Of a stretch of DNA of 46,719 nt, positions 42,979 to 46,719 are shown piece after piece. Every line of letters starts with the position of its first letter. Position 1 is the stretch's first letter. Below the pieces are notes generated by a model. The model was not told the DNA's origin and did not search any database. It saw only the letters and a list, made by a program, of their open reading frames with translations. The translations under genes were made by a program, and so were the position numbers. This DNA is from a virus (Duplodnaviria; Caudoviricetes): the IMG/VR virus record IMGVR_UViG_3300036836_000011, positions 1 to 46,719 of that record, one strand, 5' to 3'.

Positions 42979-43097
42979 CGTCTTCCCCTTACCCAGAGCA
43001 CCAGTAGGCCGACCAGAATGCCGCCGATCATCATCCAGGATACTGCATCGAGCCAAGCGGCCCGATACCAGGCGGCGTCATTGATCGCTTGCCACAT
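42975..43097 (-). CDS. Small membrane protein (40 aa), not in ORF track
   Basis: MWQAINDAAWYRAAWLDAVSWMMIGGILVGLLVLWVRGRR; ATGA coupling to next gene. Confidence 0.5.
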   Translation of the reverse strand: MWQAINDAAWYRAAWLDAVSWMMIGGILVGLLVLWVRGRR

Positions 43098-43266
43098 CGG
43101 TTTTCGATTCCATGAATTGATAGATCAATGTGAGATCGATGATAACGGCTGCTTCATCAGGTCCAACGGGAACCGGTGCGTTATCCTCGCGCTTGCCCAC
43201 GATCAGGAGTTGATCATCGTCAAGCGGATGAATAGTGGGGCATGAAAATCCCGTGGTGCATGCCAT
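43078..43266 (-). CDS. Hypothetical protein
   Basis: AGGGAG SD; C..G.SCP.I pattern. Confidence 0.55.
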   Translation of the reverse strand: MACTTGFSCPTIHPLDDDQLLIVGKREDNAPVPVGPDEAAVIIDLTLIYQFMESKTDVASDQ

Positions 43267-43267
43267 T

Positions 43268-43507
43268 TCACAGCGCTCCCTGTTTGTGTCGCCGGTTGAG
43301 CAGCTTCCACATCAGCTCCGCATGGGCATTTGCCACGGCTTGCTGGATGCGAGCGCTGATGTCATCCGCGATACCGTAAACTCCGGATGTTCCGCTGTGG
43401 CTGCCCAATTCATAACCGCGCTCGACCGCTTCGAGGACAGCCTCGAAGATTTCATGCGCAAGCTCTTCGGATATAGCACGATGAGCGCGAAATTGGTCTT
43501 TCTGCAT
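43268..43507 (-). CDS. Hypothetical protein
   Basis: GGGGG SD; helical acidic ORF. Confidence 0.55.
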   Translation of the reverse strand: MQKDQFRAHRAISEELAHEIFEAVLEAVERGYELGSHSGTSGVYGIADDISARIQQAVANAHAELMWKLLNRRHKQGAL

Positions 43508-43659
43508 ATCCCGTCCCCCAATAGAAAAATGCTGGCGGCAAGGGGCGATGCACTAGCCAATCAAGCCACGCAATCACATGCGCGTCATGTTGTTCCATGC
43601 TGATTCCCCGGTGTGCCGTCTGGCCGCACCCATAGGAATGGCATGATTTCGCTGGCATG

Positions 43660-43684
43660 GTCAATAGCAAAATGATATTAAAAT
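43660..43684 (-). promoter_or_regulatory. Second copy of the 25-bp promoter box (contains TTGAC -35)
   Basis: GTCAATAGCAAAATGATATTAAAAT identical to 671-695. Confidence 0.75.
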
Positions 43685-43702
43685 GCTATCGGAGGAATTT
43701 CT

Positions 43703-43924
43703 ATGACAAAACGGATGGTTGCGCTCTATCTCGATGACGAAATCATAGAGCGCATCGATGTTCTGAAGGAGCAGCGCATCGATGTTCCTTCACGGAACGC
43801 ACTGCTCACCGATTGGATTTTGCGGGCATGTGAAAGGGAGGAAGCTCGTGTTTCTCGAAATCGTGAAGGATCAAACGCAGGGGCGCGCACACCGCGCGGT
43901 GCGTCTCGCAAAAGGGCAGCGTGA
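43703..43924 (+). CDS. Ribbon-helix-helix (Arc/CopG-like) regulator
   Basis: KRMVALYLDDEIIERID.......SRNALL...I; GGAGG SD; divergent from the accessory operon. Confidence 0.75.
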   Translation: MTKRMVALYLDDEIIERIDVLKEQRIDVPSRNALLTDWILRACEREEARVSRNREGSNAGARTPRGASRKRAA

Positions 43925-44078
43925 GGATTGGGTGAGGCAGCGCTCGCTCGCGCGCCTGGGGTTCTCGGTCTATGCCACCGGCCGCGCTTACGTCACCATC
44001 GGCCGCCGGCACCGCGTCATTCCCCTGCCGCGCCTGGCGGTGTGGCCGCGCCTCTATAAGTGGATGGTGCGGGCATAA
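43848..44078 (+). CDS. Basic hypothetical protein
   Basis: GGAGG SD before GTG; ends at terminator. Confidence 0.45.
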   Translation: MFLEIVKDQTQGRAHRAVRLAKGQREDWVRQRSLARLGFSVYATGRAYVTIGRRHRVIPLPRLAVWPRLYKWMVRA

Positions 44079-44118
44079 AAAATGCCCCCGGCTTTATGGG
44101 CTCGGGGGCATTAGTTTT
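44077..44118. terminator. Bidirectional terminator
   Basis: AAAAAATGCCCCCG...CGGGGGCATTAGTTTT between convergent genes. Confidence 0.8.
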
Positions 44119-44181
44119 CTCAGTCGTTAGATGCATGGGCAGGTCAATGGATGGGCAGGGGGGACACCCATCCGAGGGCAA

Positions 44182-44319
44182 TCACGACACTGACATAAAC
44201 AGCAGCGTCAGTAAACCAGAAATTGCCATGACACCCAAGCCGCCGATGAGCGCGCCTTGCATGCGATACCCCCACACCTCCCGGCGCTCGCGCGCCGCGC
44301 GGGTTTCATACCACGTCAT
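44182..44319 (-). CDS. Small membrane protein
   Basis: MTWYE...C-terminal TM helix. Confidence 0.5.
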   Translation of the reverse strand: MTWYETRAARERREVWGYRMQGALIGGLGVMAISGLLTLLFMSVS

Positions 44320-44411
44320 GGCCACCCCGCTGCCGTGCCGATGATTTTCAGAATCGCGAAAATCACCATCCATGCCATGATGGCCGCGAACACCGTTGCG
44401 AAATCCCTCAT
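44316..44411 (-). CDS. Small membrane peptide
   Basis: MRDFATVFAAIMAWMVIFAILKIIGTAAGWP; ATGA coupling on both sides. Confidence 0.5.
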   Translation of the reverse strand: MRDFATVFAAIMAWMVIFAILKIIGTAAGWP

Positions 44412-44680
44412 TCCACGGGCTCGCGGGCGCTCGACCAGGGCTCGATGGGGCCGGCTGGTGTGATTGTCAGGGCGCGTGCCTGCGGGTGCTGCCAGCACCA
44501 GTCAGAGGCGCGCACGGGCGGCCAGATGCCTAGGGTGTTGAGGCGTGGCGGGCCGCCCGTGACCACGGGCGGAGCCGCGCCCACCACTTGCGGGGTGGGT
44601 GGTCCGAAGTGGCATGCACCCTGCCGGCCGGTGGCATCCGGCACATAGCATGGGCAGCTCTCACATGTCGGCTGTTGCAT
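44408..44680 (-). CDS. Cys-rich metal-binding phage protein
   Basis: C..C.......G.C...PP....WP.V...DWC..H. Confidence 0.65.
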   Translation of the reverse strand: MQQPTCESCPCYVPDATGRQGACHFGPPTPQVVGAAPPVVTGGPPRLNTLGIWPPVRASDWCWQHPQARALTITPAGPIEPWSSAREPVE

Positions 44681-44900
44681 CGATCTCCCTCGACGGGATG
44701 CAGCTCGGGCACCTGCATCCCTGGATTTTGCTCGGGGGCGTGCCTACCCCGGTAACGAAGACATTGCGCACCGTGGCCTCGGAGATGCCCTCAGCCTTGG
44801 CCCGCTGGATGATCCAGAAGGCCATGCGCCGTGCCTGGCGATTGTGCAGGCGACAATCGCGGCCGATCACATCGGCCAGCTCAAAGAGGAGTTCGTTCAT
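44661..44900 (-). CDS. Hypothetical protein with C.C..C
   Basis: AAGGA SD; coupled. Confidence 0.55.
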   Translation of the reverse strand: MNELLFELADVIGRDCRLHNRQARRMAFWIIQRAKAEGISEATVRNVFVTGVGTPPSKIQGCRCPSCIPSREIDATADM

Positions 44901-45121
44901 GTTTCCTTAAAAGTGAAATGACCATAGCTTTCATCGGCAACCCATGACAACCGGACATCATCCAGCCTCAACTTGCCAGCGAGGATAAACCACCGGCCGT
45001 TTTCCCACCGCCCCGCGTTGATGAAATCGCCGCGACGCTGGTGCACGATGGGAGGCCTACCCACTCCCTTGCGCTTGCGGATTTCCCGCAGCATCTCTCC
45101 CGTGTAACGCTCGCGCTTCAT
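44897..45121 (-). CDS. Basic hypothetical protein
   Basis: MKRERY start; ATGA coupling to next gene. Confidence 0.5.
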   Translation of the reverse strand: MKRERYTGEMLREIRKRKGVGRPPIVHQRRGDFINAGRWENGRWFILAGKLRLDDVRLSWVADESYGHFTFKET

Positions 45122-45320
45122 ATTCACGGCGCTTTTCCAACGTTCGAACCACCGCAACATAAGGTGTGCTCCATTTGCTCTTGTACATGTAGCCGTCAAG
45201 CGACGTGCGCCATGGTGTTTTTGGCGTGCTGAGGTCAAGGAACAACCGCAGGCGTCCATCTCGGGACACCCAGGCTGTTTGCCCCCACTGCTTGAAATGA
45301 ACGCCTGCGATCGTTGTCAC
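45057..45320 (-). CDS. Hypothetical protein
   Basis: GGAGGTG SD before GTG (MTTIAGVH...). Confidence 0.55.
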   Translation of the reverse strand: MTTIAGVHFKQWGQTAWVSRDGRLRLFLDLSTPKTPWRTSLDGYMYKSKWSTPYVAVVRTLEKRREYEARALHGRDAAGNPQAQGSG

Positions 45321-45445
45321 CTCACCACCTCCGGAATCCAGCCCGAGCCCTTGCATGCTGGACATGTGACTGGTTTATCGGGCTCGCCGGGCTTTCGATA
45401 TCCTGGAATGGTTCCCTGACCATTGCAGGCCTTGCATACGGGCAT
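45317..45445 (-). CDS. Mini DnaJ-type zinc-ribbon protein (42 aa)
   Basis: CKACNGQG...CPACKGSG; GGAGGG SD. Confidence 0.7.
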   Translation of the reverse strand: MPVCKACNGQGTIPGYRKPGEPDKPVTCPACKGSGWIPEVVR

Positions 45446-45576
45446 GCGCTTCCCTCCGTTCCTGAAACCCACACTGAGCCCGAGCCTTTGCATTGGGTGC
45501 ATGTGACATAGGTTTTCCAACCATCATCCCATAGCGAACCCGCGCCTCGGCATGTCGGGCATTTGACCCAAGGCAT
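45322..45576 (-). CDS. DnaJ-type zinc-ribbon protein (tail overlaps next gene)
   Basis: CPTCRGAG...CTQCKGSG; GGAGGTG SD. Confidence 0.65.
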   Translation of the reverse strand: MPWVKCPTCRGAGSLWDDGWKTYVTCTQCKGSGSVWVSGTEGSACPYARPAMVREPFQDIESPASPINQSHVQHARARAGFRRW

Positions 45577-45579
45577 CGA

Positions 45580-45906
45580 TCACACCTCCGGTGTTGATGT
45601 GATGCAGCCGAGAAGTTTCGCTGCTTCCTTGATTCGTTCGATGGTCACCCCATCGGGAGGTGACAATCGTTGATCTATGTGGCGGCGCAGATCACCCCAG
45701 GCATTGCGAAGATTGAATTCAGCGAGCCATTCTTCCTTGCTGCGGTAGAATTGACCGCCATGTTCACCATATAGCGTGGCTTTGTTGACTCGGTTGCGTC
45801 CTCCGTCGATGGTTATCCACTTGCGACCGACCTTTTCAACGGTCGACCATTGCTCGTGTGACCGTCGACCACCCGGCACATAGAGCTTGTCGCCTTTCTT
45901 AATCAT
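45580..45906 (-). CDS. Conserved phage beta-barrel hypothetical protein
   Basis: G.KLY...V.KVGRKW.......Y.S..E...I..AA.LLG. Confidence 0.65.
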   Translation of the reverse strand: MIKKGDKLYVPGGRRSHEQWSTVEKVGRKWITIDGGRNRVNKATLYGEHGGQFYRSKEEWLAEFNLRNAWGDLRRHIDQRLSPPDGVTIERIKEAAKLLGCITSTPEV

Positions 45907-46028
45907 TGGTTTGGTTCGTTCCCTGTTCCGTGGCAGCGTGGGCACACGATTGATTGAACGGGCTCACCGTCCTTGGTGACGTTGACGCGCTTTCGCCCCT
46001 TGCACAGTTGGCACTGTTTCTTGGTCAC
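45903..46028 (-). CDS. Mini DnaJ-type zinc-ribbon protein (41 aa), not in ORF track
   Basis: [41 protein letters not shown]; GGAGGG SD; ATGA coupling. Confidence 0.7.
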   Translation of the reverse strand: MTKKQCQLCKGRKRVNVTKDGEPVQSIVCPRCHGTGNEPNQ

Positions 46029-46188
46029 GCTCTAGCTCCCTCCGATGACAAAATCGAGGACCGCCCAATGGCTTATCCCACTCAACCGTTGCCCAGTTTG
46101 ATTCTGGATCGTATTTCATGAGCCGGCCGGTATTGGGACGCCCTCGCAGTTTTACGCGCTCACCTCGCTCCGGTAGTGTGGTCATCAC
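45964..46188 (-). CDS. Small SH3/KOW-like hypothetical protein
   Basis: G.RV.......G.........VEWD; AAAGGA SD. Confidence 0.55.
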   Translation of the reverse strand: MMTTLPERGERVKLRGRPNTGRLMKYDPESNWATVEWDKPLGGPRFCHRRELERDQETVPTVQGAKARQRHQGR

Positions 46189-46719
46189 ATGTCCTTTCGG
46201 GTTTTCTCAACGATCTCTCGAAGCACGGATTTCCACTCTCGCCACGCGTCTGAGGCGTTATCATCCAGTTCAGAAACGTCCATCTCCCACCAATCCTCAA
46301 TGGGGTGTGATTGGCAACCAATGGACATGTGCGTTTTCGTCCACACCACTGGCCAGTGTGCAACCTGCATGCTGCGAACCTCGCGCATGTTGCCAGTTGC
46401 CCAGCTCAGGTCTGCCCCGCTCAGGTCTACCCCGCTCAGGTTCGCCCCGCTCAGGTCTGCCCCGCCCAGGTTTGCCCAGCTCAGGTCTGCCCCGCCCAGG
46501 TTTGCCCAGCTCAGGTCTGCCCCGCCCAATTTTGCCCCGCGCAGGTTTGCCCCGCTCAGGTTTGCCCCGCCCAGGTTTGCCCCGCTCAGGTCTACCCCGC
46601 TCAGGTTCGCCCCGCGCAGGTCTGCCCCGCCCAATTTTGCCCCGCGCAGGTTTGCCCCGCTCAGGTTTGCCCCGCGAAGGTTTGCCCAGCTCAGGTCTGC
46701 CCCGCGCAGGTCTGCCCCG
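46185..46719 (-). CDS. Pentapeptide-repeat protein, 3' part
   Basis: About 21 A(N/D)L(S/R/G)(G/W) units then M.IGCQ.H....W C-terminal domain; open to right end. Confidence 0.9.
   Translation of the reverse strand, partial: GADLRGADLSWANLRGANLSGANLRGAKLGGADLRGANLSGVDLSGANLGGANLSGANLRGAKLGGADLSWANLGGADLSWANLGGADLSGANLSGVDLSGADLSWATGNMREVRSMQVAHWPVVWTKTHMSIGCQSHPIEDWWEMDVSELDDNASDAWREWKSVLREIVEKTRKDM

Noticed and set aside
43508-43640. tRNA or conserved ncRNA after the second promoter box
   Set aside because: No cloverleaf or convincing long stem; may be a short ORF (MEQHDAH...), unresolved
46397-46719. 15-bp repeats at both ends as CRISPR array or terminal repeats
   Set aside because: No spacers; they are in-frame pentapeptide codons of one gene

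Overview
Near-complete genome (~46.7 kb, GC-rich) of a tailed dsDNA phage with podovirus-like architecture. The host is probably an alphaproteobacterium (Hyphomicrobiales-type Omp25/RopB gene, CTTGAC-N17-CTATAT-type promoters). Both ends of the window fall inside one pentapeptide-repeat gene, so the genome looks circular or circularly permuted, with the assembly broken in that repeat. Modules: (1) leftward replication operon (family-B DNA polymerase, AP2 protein, SSB, DUF550, DUF2800 nuclease); (2) rightward helicase, WYL, VRR-NUC, TetR-like and primase-polymerase/helicase operon followed by a candidate origin; (3) packaging and head genes (TerS, Ntn-hydrolase, TerL, portal, GroES, scaffold, major capsid); (4) tail, nozzle and ejection proteins; (5) lysis; (6) a leftward early/accessory region of small genes ending in an outer-membrane beta-barrel. 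I saw no integrase, tRNA, CRISPR array, reverse transcriptase or PurZ. Most unusual signals: a recurring A-x-G-G-x-V peptide tag at domain boundaries of internal virion proteins in a genome whose only free-standing protease candidate is an HslV/proteasome-like protein; a classical C2H2 zinc finger inside the DNA polymerase; a DUF550 cassette bounded by an exact duplication of a translation-initiation region; a duplicated 25-bp promoter box with a long structured leader RNA; three mini DnaJ-type zinc-ribbon genes; and an unannotated lipoprotein. All calls come from motif reading by eye; no database searches were run.
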